64,000 nt of DNA, taken from positions 78,120,001-78,184,000 of the forward strand of contig OZ320317.1 in the NCBI GenBank assembly GCA_976226885.1. The letters are read 5' to 3'. Under the pieces are notes generated by a model that saw only the letters and a list, made by a program, of their open reading frames with translations, was not told where the DNA came from and made no database searches. Each line of letters starts with the position of its first letter. Position 1 is the first letter of the stretch. The stretch is from Iphione sp. A-MEVVRFRX5 (lineage: Eukaryota). The position numbers were made by a program, and so were the translations under genes. Of the stretch, positions 13,401-25,700 are shown in pieces.

Positions 13401-16400
13401 TGGTATGAAATATGAGACTATAATAAGAAGCTTTATTGTTGAAAGGTAGTTTCCATGTTCGGAATGAATTGACGCAGAATTAAAGACGAAAGCGGGCATA
13501 TATAATTTTGTTTAAAAGGAGAGCTAACGGCAGAAATGCAAAACATTTATGTGGTGGTTTGTCATGCGCTTGTTTGTGTATTGCTGGAGTAATAACCCTC
13601 TGGTAATGATAGTTATTGTAGTGTGTTTTGCAATTTCTTCCTTGTCTTGGTGAAATTGACGCGCGCTCTGCTTAGGCTTACCAGCAGCGTCGATCAAGTG
13701 AAGCTAATGCCTCTCAAGAATGCAGATTCAAAGTGCTCTTGAAATAGGATTCCTGCAATGAGACCAACCTAATTGGACTTAATGATATAAAACGTTTTGT
13801 GCCGGCACTGTTTCAATGGACTCAAATTAGATGGTGATATTTTTAGAAATGGCAGATTCTCAGTGTCTACAATACCATAACCCGCGCTGTAGGCATTTCC
13901 CGTTGCTTTCCCGCCGTGTTCCCGCCTTTCTACTGGCATCTTTGATGAATGATCCAAAGTCGTCTGCTAGAAAGCGGTTTGAGGCCTGCCATGCGGGAAA
14001 GATATCTTGGACCGGTGCCTTGCGGAAAGGATTTCAACTCGCTAATGGCGTGTACAAGATTCGCTGAAGACAACATGGGCCAACACAATAGGGGTCGTCC
14101 ATTGATTCCTCTTGCGCCCACTAGGCGAAATGTCGTCTGCGGTTAAGGGTGCTTTTTATATGAAGTCTCTGCAATTTCATCGATTTCTTTGATACGGATA
14201 AAACTAAGTTTCTTTTTCAGAATAAATATGACGAATTCCTTTCTTGAAGGAGTTGGTAGAGGTGGTATATAACGAGAACTGACATCCATCTTCAGCAGTA
14301 AGAGGTAACCGTTAAAACTAGATTGTAAATAGTGTCGAGCAGTTGCCTTTTATTCTCCAGCAAATAGAAACTGCTTCTCATTTTCAATCAAAGGCAATGA
14401 AAAATGGTATTGATAGCAATATTACTACTTCGTAGATACATGGATCGTTTTCTAGTTATATAGCCAGGCCTTAAAGGCACGAAACTTGGGTAGGAAAATA
14501 AATCAAATGATCTAAGAGAGGAAATGAGGGTTATGAGGAAAATAATCCAGGTATAAAGGTCGGCCAGTCAAGAAACATTAAATGTAAGTGAAAGAGTAAT
14601 TATGGACGTTCATATGATCCCGGAATACAGCGAAATGATATCCAAAAGGAGAGAACGATAGAGCGAGCAGTTGGCTGGATAGGAAGTCTTTTAAAAGCCC
14701 ATCAGAATTGGTCTATGTGTCTGATGGCCGCAAATTACATTTTATTGTCGCGTCGTCTCTGCTGGTTCCTCCGACACTGCGGCCGCAGGCTGCTTGGCAA
14801 GCTGGTCACCAGCCGGCCTTCTAGAAAGGAAATAGGTCGCGCCAGGTAGCACAGTCTGGAGTTATGTCAATTTTATTGCAGCCATGGCATTTTTCTTTAT
14901 GATATTTCTTCGTTTTATCGCAGATAAGATCTGAAAGCGCCTGGACCGATTGTAAAGAGGAGAGGACGACATTGTTGACACAGTCATATTTTGAAGTCTG
15001 TTTAGTCGAATTTACTTAATTGACTGCTTGCCACATTGCGTATTAATATCAAAATGACGCTACGACGGTATTTACATTTTGCAGTTATTAGGCAGGAAGC
15101 ACTATATAAGCATATCGTTATTTTGCATGTAACAAGGCGGGACATTTTTCCTTAGAGAGGATCGATTTTGTACTTTAATTTGATTTCCTCCCTAATCATA
15201 TTAATACCGGTGTATTCAGCAGCACATGCCTTCGTTCCGTACGCACATATTGAGCTGGCTGCGTAATTGGGTGATATTTTGATGTTGTGTGCATCTACTC
15301 CACTCAAAGACGGCATTAGTTCTGGTTCTTCTTGCTTGCTTATCTTCCTCGGTCAGATCCCTCAGTGGGATTAGACTCAAAAGACTTGGCCCGTGTGTTT
15401 CTAGGAAAAAGCGCCCGGAGACTTGTTGCAACGTAAGAGAAGAAAGCAACCACCATTGCGTCCTTCTTGTGCTTATCAGTGCAGGACCCATCACCGCGAG
15501 GAAATGTTATCAGCATCCTCCTGTAATGCAGGTGAACCTGCTCAGGGAGTTGCTCCCAGTTCCTAGCGCGCCGACCTTCTCCAGCCGTGTTTGGCTCGGT
15601 GTGCACTACAAAGAAGTGTGACCAATAATTGGTAATCGATCTAACCCTCGTGGAGCAGAATCCCAGCTTGATCAATACTGAATAAAGCTAAAATCACTTA
15701 CGCTATTCTAAAAACTTAACGATGATCGAGGTTCCTCCCAATCAAATCAGTGCACCTGGGATGTCGGTGGCCGTGGGTGGCGCCCGCGTAGTTGGATGCC
15801 TTACTGCAGTGTGCACACGGCTGTCGATAGGGGCAGGGTCCGTCCAAGCAAACACTGTGGCCAAGGCTTCACACAGCAGCAGCTTAGGTAAACACAGGCG
15901 TCCAGACGGACACATAGACGGGTCCAGTAATGGAGTCACGTGACAGGACCACCCCCCATCTATACCCTAGACTCATTACTTGTTTTGGTACGGTTTCCTT
16001 TTCACAGAATTCGCCTCATTTACCCGCTTTTCGTGCTATCAGCCTCTATTTTATCATGACATGGACAGAGACATGCGCTTCACAACGGTGGAAATTGGAC
16101 CTGCTTTCCCTTCCTTTCTACTTGGTGAGACAGGCAATCACAAACCCTGCGCCAGAAATGCTGTCCTTTCACAACAGATGTTACCGATGGCAGAATGCCC
16201 GATAATTGACCAGACCAAACAAACTTGCGGCACTTTAGTTATCTTTGGCATATGGACACCCTGGAAAGATCGATAAGAAAATCTATATTTTGTTTTATCA
16301 TTCCCCGTTGCGTTTTTCTCCTGATTGAAGTAATTCCCCATTTGATACGGATGAAGAAGACTTTTTTACACTGGTCCTCTTTCATTTACTACTCTTGATG

Positions 16401-19106
16401 CCAAAAAGACTTGCGAATGTTCTGGCGATTGAAGCAATGGTCGCTGAACAGAGCACTGGTGCGTCCAATATGGAGGGACACTAAGGCTTTTTAGGCAAGT
16501 CCACGAGTCCTTATCGTTTGGTGTTTATATTCCTAGATGACGGAATGCTTGCAAATGCATAAGTTATCCCATAGCAGTATCATCTAAATGTAATAGGTAT
16601 CCGAGTTGAGGCTTTCGTAGACGTAACACAGCACCTTGTAGGCTTCTCTCTTAGCCACAACCGATTTGTTTTGCTCCTTAGTATGTCTTTAGGAGCGTCA
16701 CAAACAAGCCATGAAAAGGGCGCCGATAAGTTGCTTGTAAACTGCTCTGGGCCGCTCAGCCAACGATTTCTTGGACGGCTGCCAACTGATAGGTCGCACT
16801 CAGTAACTCTGAGGAGACGAGTTGGGGATGGCTGTGGATGCCTGTTCAGGCGGCTCAGGGGGAGAAGGAGCGGGTGGCGATCGTTCTGTTGGTAGTCAAG
16901 GACACGCAGCGACTCCCCTAAACCTCGGATGGTCAGATATACATGGAGCTTTTCATCATATGGATTATAAGTTTTGATCGTACTGAGAGAACTAATACAG
17001 GATATAACTTCCTAACATTTAAATATTCAAAGGATGATTCGGGAATGTTGCTAGCCCTGTTCAGTGTCTGATCTCCATTTTCTGTATATGTTGATGATAC
17101 TTGATAATATACACTCAGGGGCTGATCATCATAAAATTCGTGTTTTTTTTAAATTATCGTGACTGATACCAGCAATAGGTAGTGAGCAGCAGTATCCCTT
17201 TGACCTTGACGGGAGACAGCGTTTGTACATGGTGGTGAGTACATGTTATATAAGCAATCAAGGTTCCACCATACTGGCAAACGGGCGTCGCGATTCATGA
17301 CATTGAAATCTGGGACTCCCTGTTCTTCACCATTGCTGACTAATGGGGGTGGTGTCAAACGCTTCTTCCTATAAAGTTTGCAGACGTCGTTTTACTACCC
17401 GGCCATGGTTCAGTTGTAAGTGATAGTGATGTAACTGCACATGATACAATGAAACTAATATCCAAGGTCGAGGATGCTGTTTTTGTTGATAGCGGCCAAT
17501 GGTGATGATATTTGGTAGTGTGTGGTAGTGTGCAAGGGATGTGGATGGTATATACAGTGATAGTTAAATACGGTAGTAAGTGGTTCGATGTTGTCAGTAC
17601 TTAATGGGGATGGTACATGACTGGGAGTGGTAGCATGCAATTGTTTTTGATGATGGTACACGGTAGTGTGTTATAACATGATATTGTTGGTGATCGGTGT
17701 TGGTGATCTTACATATTCATGAGTACAGGGTGTTTCTATTGACGGCAGTGCATGTTGGTAAGTAAAGGCATGCCGTTACTGTTGTTGGTTCCTGAGGATT
17801 GTATGTGGCAGTGAGTGGTAGTGATGGCGGTGGTGCTCGAAGCTGTGATAGCAGGGATGGGTTTGGGGTAAGGTCACGGACGCCCATCGCTCACAGACCC
17901 CCCCCCCCTTCTGACCAGTTATTGATCCGAGCGTGAGTAGCTCATCGAACCTATATCCTCAACCCGCCAACCAACCCATCGCAGAGCAAGACCCTCTCGG
18001 GTGTATCTTCATCCTACTCAAACAAGGTCGCCCTAAGTGGATGTGCACTTGTTGGCCTGCATGATGTCGAATCCAGAGCACGCTCCCACCCAAGTTGGCA
18101 ATAATAGGTGCATACATTATATTACTAGCTGAAGCATCTCGTGGCCGTGCACAGGGCTGTAATGTATGCCATGGATAAGAGGCAGACGCACATCTTGAAG
18201 ATGACCTGGATTATGTAGCCGACTCACGCACCTTGAAATTAGGTCGAACCTGAACCGAGTGAAAACCTTTCAGAATTTATTTGCTCCATCTTCGACGAGC
18301 AATTTAATTTAAAAGGTACTTGGTAAAAACAAATGTCGATGGCCTCCAAAAGAAAAAAGAAGTACTAAAGAATGATTCAGATCAGACCGAGTGTGTAAAT
18401 ATTGCCAGGAGTATTTATATCAATACTGCGAATCCTTAAACATGAGTTTCATCAACTTTGCCTCTGGTTAGAAGACTTTTTTAGTTTCTGTTTTAGAGGC
18501 TTGTTCATGTGTGCCTCTGCGCTGTCTGGCCAAATACAAGTTTCAAGGGCATGTCCCTCCATAAAAGGTCGCCGGTACGCCTGTAGATAGAGCCACAAAG
18601 GACCAAATCTGGCGGCATGGCAGCCACTTCCTTTGGTTATATTGAATCAGTTCGCTTATTTGAGGCCTCACAAAATGGCCCTTTCAACTTGGCTGGCAGC
18701 GTCAAATCGGTGGACGTAAGACGTGGGTGCCAATGACACGCCGGGCCTACTTGGCAGTCTGTTCACCCGACACGGACAATATGTCTCGGCATCGCCCCCC
18801 TGTTAATCTCCTATTCCGTAATTCAGTTCATATTGATAATCAATTAATTGTGGGCAAATTAATTGAGCACCGGAGACATAATACTATTTCTAACAACCCC
18901 TATGCGTATTTGATTATTTATACGTAGAAGTCTAGCAGACTGTTGTGTATATTCTGACAGTGGAGGATGGTTCGTGACTGCCATTCCTTGTGGAGTTATA
19001 GTCGATAAACCTATAATGTGATGAATACATGCGCACGACTGTCGACTTGTCCAGATCACCGATCCTAGCCTCCATCCATCCACTCCCCCTTTTCTCAATC
19101 TTTCTT

Positions 19107-19143
<37 letters not shown>

Positions 19144-22100
19144 TCTCTCTTCTATCTTTCTTCTCACTCTCTCACTCTATCTCTCTCCCTCCCTCTGTCA
19201 TAAGTACACATCTATCCCACTCCTCTGCCTCCAGTAGGTCCTCTCCATCCTCCTCCTTGTGGCCACTGTTTGAGAGTCTAGCCTATCAGGCTTTGTTTGT
19301 GAGTCTCCATCTTCCCCTGAACGAGCGCAAACCACCATATCGATCCCATGGTGCTGAAGTGATCAAGATGGAGCTCTACGCACACCCTTACTTCTTCCCT
19401 GCCTTGAATCTCCTTGCCTCCCTACTTTTTAACTTTGGATCCCGCCCATGCTTGGTGCACTCTTTAAAGACGGTTTGACAGATGTTTTATGGATAAAACT
19501 CAGGTTAACTCAATAAATTTCCCCCGGGCGTAGGTTTAGTTTGATGGACATGCGACCTACACATATTACCTGCTTCGACAACTAAATTGTGGCTACCTTT
19601 AGTTATCACGAAACCATAAAAAAGGTATTTTATCATGGCCAATCTGCTGGGAAAAAGGTGAACTAAGTTTAAATGTACTGCCTCTGTCAGTCATTTATTA
19701 CAAGGATGACGGACCATTATTTGGAGGTTTTAACTTTCCTTCCGTATCTTTGGTACACACCTGGTTCTCGTTAACTTCATGAGTTAATGCATAGAGATAT
19801 GGCACCACCACATAATACAAAAAAAACATGTAAAAACAGTCTTGAAATTACTTATAGAGAAAAAGAAATAAGTGGTATCAAAGTATATCGCTTTGTGTTC
19901 TTAGAAGAGAAAAGTAGTATTTCAGCAAGATCAATCTAAACTACGTGTATTGCAAACGTCCGTAAAAGTGATTGGTTCGTGTCAAAAATTCGACTTTTTG
20001 TATCTAAGGCAAGTCTTGCCGTATAGAAAGAGAAACTCTCGGCCTTATCTCCTCGTGTACAGTGCTACAGACAGAACAGGGAAACTAAATTCGGTAGCCT
20101 TTCTCTCAGGGTTCACCTTGTTACTGACACTACTCATGTGCCCTCTATCCCCTGTGCGGTGACTAAGGCGCTCCATGGTTTTGCAAGTCACACTTGAGCG
20201 TACATCGAGGCAGGATGAAGCCTGAACCCATGGCTACGGCCGATTGACGCGTCACACTCGGCAAATATTGACACTATTATCAGGTCTCCCTCAGACGATA
20301 GATTGGATAGCGAAGGAAATTCGGGGTGAGTTGGATGCGAAAGCACATCGAGAGTTGGAGGAGTGTTGCTTGGTGAAAGTAGATATGGGCGTTGATGGGT
20401 GATATATGCATATCCTGTAAATGTATATTCATATTGTGAGAGAATATGACAGCAAGGTTTACAAATGTAGATGATGTTAAGTTATGTACTTTGTTTTCAT
20501 GTGAACTGTGTATGGTTTGATTAACCCCTCGAAATATTCTGAAGGGAGACAGAGAACGTAATGGTTTGAGAGCAGTAGTGAAGCGGAAATACAACGTGCC
20601 ACTAGTACAATGTATAACTATTTATTATGTGAAATCTCATATCGAGTCGGCATAATTAAGTTAACCGCCCGACTTTTGAAACTGCAAATACGTTATGTCC
20701 CTGTTCGCTTGGCAAATACACCTGCAGATGGGAGACATGGTACTCTCTTGTCAAAAGTTTCCTGTAGGTTGTATAATACTATCAGGGGGTGATGACAAAA
20801 ACACCCGGACCCGCCTGATTGCAGCATGTTTGTCCATCCGTCTTTCTGAGGATTGAATTTTGAAGAAGATATGTCGGTGTGCCTAATATGAAAGGGTTTG
20901 AACATTCAATATACCAAAGACCAGCGATATCTAGTAATGTTCGGGTCCTCATGTATAACAAATGACCATTCTATCATGTATGATTCATGCCATTTTTCCC
21001 TACGATTCATCCTGCTCATCCTGCACAATAGAACTTGCAAACCTTACATAGATGTAGCTTCCTACAGAGACATCTCTAGCGACCTTACCGTTGCCGTCAG
21101 CGACGATAGCCTTCATTATCACTATGTTATCTCATGCACCTCTTACCAAAGAAAACGTTTTTACAGTGATGCACATACACAAATAATGCAATTCAGCATT
21201 TTCCCCCTGCGACTGAACATCTATTTCAATCAGAGTGGGACCCCAAAATATCGTTAACAGCGTGTAGGATTCCCTTTGAAAAAAAAACAAATGCTAAAAG
21301 CGAAACGTCCGGTACCTGCAACAGCTCCTACTTTAGGCATGACCTACGATGTCAGTGGGCTGTCCTCAAACATGACCCTCATACTAACGCCTCTCAGGTC
21401 ACCAGGGTTGTTTCATGGGGAGGGCCTGGCGGAGATGGTGGGAACTAGCCTATCAAAACGGCGGACGCAGATTTTATCAGGTTGGCGTTCGGTAGAGGGC
21501 GTTCCTCGTCCGTCCAACCCCCCAACCCCCACCATCTACTACTCTGCCCCGGGGGCATCGTTCTTTATCTCAATCAGGAACGTCACCTCACGAGCGAGCA
21601 AGAAAATCTGTCGGCACAGACCCCTCCAAATACATGTACGCACGCACACTCACACACACGCAGACTCTTGGCCTTTACTCGCCCTCCTGCTCACTATGTT
21701 CTCCCATCAATCCAAAACGGCACACCATAAAGTAGGGTTAACATGCTGAAGAGGTCAGCAAGGTCACCTTGAAGATATGGTATCATAACTCCTGGTAGGA
21801 GCTCAAAGAGCACCCAGTGTCTGCAATGGATGCCAAGGAGCTCCCTCTCAGCAATAAATGATGCATTAATATTGCAATTAAGGATGGATGAAGTGAATCT
21901 TGCTCCTGAAGTCAAATAAATTCCAACCGTAGACCGTAAGAGATTCTGTCCTCCCCCCCACCCCATTGGCCGCGTAGAAATCTGTTTCCGAGCACTGCCG
22001 GCCTGGTTGGTGGGTGGGCCCGCTCTGCCTAATGACCCGTCATCGCAGGCTCTAACGAGCCGGACCGAGAAGGAAGGGCGCAGGCCTTCCGCAAAGCTTG

Positions 22101-22741
22101 ACTGGGCGTCGTTTTCTCTTCGCTCATCCAGTTTTCACGGGATAAAATGTGACGCATGGTGAGTACTGCGTGTCTAGAGGGAGAGGTTTCGCCAGTCGTC
22201 GATGTCTGGTGCTGTTGAGGAAGTGGCGCAATGCCAACACTGAATCTTGTTACTCACTCAAGGCGAAAGGCTCAGTTCTGACATATCACACGTTCGGGCA
22301 AAGAGGTTGTTGCAGAAAAATACGGGGTGAAATTGGAGGTTTGAAAGGTCTAGGTCTATCCTAGGAGGTCTACGTCAAAGTGTGTGTATATGCGTGTGCG
22401 TGTGTGTGTAAATATATATTGATATATAGGACCCCTGCCTTAGACGTACCGACTCAGAACCTTTTTGCGCCTGAGCAGTAGCATTTCAGCTCAGGGCTCC
22501 ACTGCCATCCGCACCAAATACATACGGAACGGTCGTTTGCCTGAGCTGTCGATTTCCCCGGGTTTCGAACTCCCTCCCACCAACCCGAGGGCCCAACCAG
22601 CGGAACCGATTGCCACCCGGACCGAACCGACCGCCTTCCCAACCGGCCGCCAGGGGTTGGCTAACCAGGCCAAGGGCCAGCGGTCAGCTCGTCCTTCAGA
22701 GTAGGAGAGACTGAAGGAGGCGAGTATGTGTGAGTTTGTGC

Positions 22742-22780
<39 letters not shown>

Positions 22781-25700
22781 TGCGTGCAGGGGAGTGGCAG
22801 GAGCGACCGCCCGCCTTAAAGCGGCTCGATCAATTGGCCGCACGGACCCGGCCTTTCGGTGCCGAGCCAGACACGAGGAGGGCGCTGAACACTTAGTAGT
22901 ATATTGAGTTAGGCGTTTGCTGGAGGCCATCACTGGCCGCTTCGCCGTCCATTGACGAGGCCGAGCATCCGGGCCAGGTGTGATCTATTAAAGTCTGTCC
23001 ACCGCTACATCCAGCAAAACAAATCGTTCCGGTCATCGGTCTCGTCAGCCTAGTGTGGCGGTCCACCATCACTAAACTCTTCGACATCGGCTCGTCAAAA
23101 TCGTCGAGCTAATCGTCCGGAAAGACAAATTGTGTTTGGCATATTTTTGAATCGTTGAGTTACCAAATGCTAAGGTCTATGCCGGTCAAAATGTCAGTGC
23201 AGCAGGTATTGACGCGTGTGAAGAAAAAAATCACTGACATGGAGAGAGAATCCGGGTAGTAGGAGGGGAAAAATAGCGGAAAGGATCGAGATAAATAATG
23301 AAATAGAGCGACATGCTGATGAGGATAATTAGATCATTCGTCGTCGCATTACGCCGGTAAGCGCCAGTCACTTACGAGTATTTGTTTTCTCCTATGGATC
23401 GTTTTCACATCCGCTGCAAATTACCCCAGGACCGCGACGAGGAGAAGCTGAGCAGCAAGCATCTTGGCTTTTCTAGACAGATAAAAGTCAATTGTACCCG
23501 GGAGCTCAGTAAAAGCTCCTTATCAGTACGCTCCTTCGGGGACAGATTTCTACAAGGAAGACATCCGGAGAGGTTAGAGTCTCCTGTATGGATGGCTAGT
23601 CTTTTCAAGGTGGTGAATTGACGGCGTTCTTACCAAGCTCTTATTGACGGCGTTGCCAGACATAAAGGACTGCCAATGGCAGGGAACATCGCCCAGTTCC
23701 AAAGGCCGCCTTAGTACTTTGTATCTAACGATAAAAGGTAAAGAACGTCAAAATGTCGTTGGTTATTGATTTTTATAGCTCAAATATATATACACAAAAA
23801 TACATATATACATATATTCTTAAAGTCGCTATAGAGTATGATCCAGCCAAGCTCCATTTTACTTATTAGTGTCACGTGTGCTGCGATGGGCGTCTCACGA
23901 ACAAAATACATGTATTGCCTCTCAGCGTAAATGTCACATTTTGGTCGATTCGGAGCGTTCGGACACATTCACCCAACTGAGATCGATAAGTCAAAGACGG
24001 GTGGCAGTTTTAAGTAAACACAGACGTATAGGTTGATTCCGACGTGAAAGAAATGCCATTTAGTGAGGAGTATCCTCACAGCTATCCCTAAAGGAGACGG
24101 AGAGAGACGAGAGTGTAGTTGGCTTACTGGGTGCAGCAACCTCAGTGTGGCCACCCCCAGAGGAGGAGGAGGAGGAGTCCACAGTAGGAGATTGTTACTT
24201 GAGTTGGGGGCCTACATCTGAGAGAGGGGTCAAAAGAGAACGGAGTCACAATGACAACAATACCCACACGAGGACTTTCGGGCCCTAAGCCTGATGATAA
24301 CAGAAGAAAGGAAATGAGAAAATAGTGTTCGAGGGCAGAGCAAAGGAGGACTGTTGTCGGAAATGACGGAGATTCGGTCTATAATTGCTTTCCCTCGATA
24401 CGTCCGTGCCTGTTCGTGTCTCTTCTAGCAAGTTTCCATCTAGTCTTACCCGTCCTCATGGACCGTTCCTTCCATGCACCCCCAACCCGCCAAGGCCCAA
24501 CCCTACACCCAGCCCCACGAAGCCCATACAGCCCTCGCCCCCAATTTGATTAGGCGATCCGCTAGACGGCACTGTGACTGACAGGGTGTCATGAAGGACG
24601 GCAGCCAGGCGGCCGGTAACCGGAACTGACGGCAGCTATCATCTACCCACTTCCTGTTAGCTCTAGGCGGCGTGCGTGCTCACATGAACTGTGATCGCAT
24701 TAGCAGGCGTGTACACATCCCTTTGCTGGGCGGCAACATTTGAGGGTGTGAAATGTATATTCCCGTATCTTTGCACATCGCCTGTCCCCCAGCGAATCCT
24801 CGCCACCGCCTCATTTGTCGCCCGCTGGAGCTAGTTCTCTTGTGGGCTCTGGGCCGTCATTGTCAGCCGAAGATGAGCAAGCATTTCAGGGTGGAATGAA
24901 TTAATTCCACTTCGTAAATTGCCAACATTCTCTCCTACACTTCCCCGTCTCTGAGGTAATCACAGGAGTGCTAAGTGCCCTTACACATGGCACTGCATTC
25001 ATATTACAGAGAAGCCCTAGCATATATGAGAATGGATGTTTTTTCCCCACCTGATGCTGAAATCAAATCGCATCACTGCATCGACCTCGTATATGAATAG
25101 AATTTTTCCTAGAAGGACTTGTATTATATTTAATTCTGTACAGTAAACTCTTCCGATGGTACAATGCGTACATACTTTTATCTGGTTTGTGTATATATTC
25201 CATGAAAAGGATCCTCAGCGAACATGCGTCAACGATTGTAGGACACGTTCAACATGATTTATTAAAAGAAGGAAAACGACTTGGTGTTGAAATCAAAAAT
25301 ATAGGACCTCTCTATCATCACTTTCTCATGAGTTGCTCCAGAGGCAAGTGTCTGGTTGACATGAAGTTCTGGTATTGCAGGGGACATTGAACCTGATACA
25401 AAGGGTTTCCGTATCATTCTGGAGCCTCTATATCTGCCATGAGGGTTGTCTGGTATGCCCGGCTGTATGCAATGCGAGGTTCCACTCTATATGAATATAT
25501 ATTACGTATATATAGGGAAATGCCTCTTAATGCACAGAATATCGTGTGGGTTTGGACGCAAATTCGGACGATGCGGAGTAGTTTAGAATATGAGCTGCTG
25601 AAATGATACAACGACTGACATCAGGGCAATACAAATGGCTGTTTGCATTATGACCGACTGATGTATACATGTTCATCTACATATATAAATATCATGTACA

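Noticed and set aside
19029-19478. 149-aa Ser/Leu-rich ORF
   Set aside because: Produced by the (CT)n microsatellite tract.
21276-21749. 157-aa ORF
   Set aside because: TTG start, no domain similarity, no codon bias like the true exons, no exon structure.
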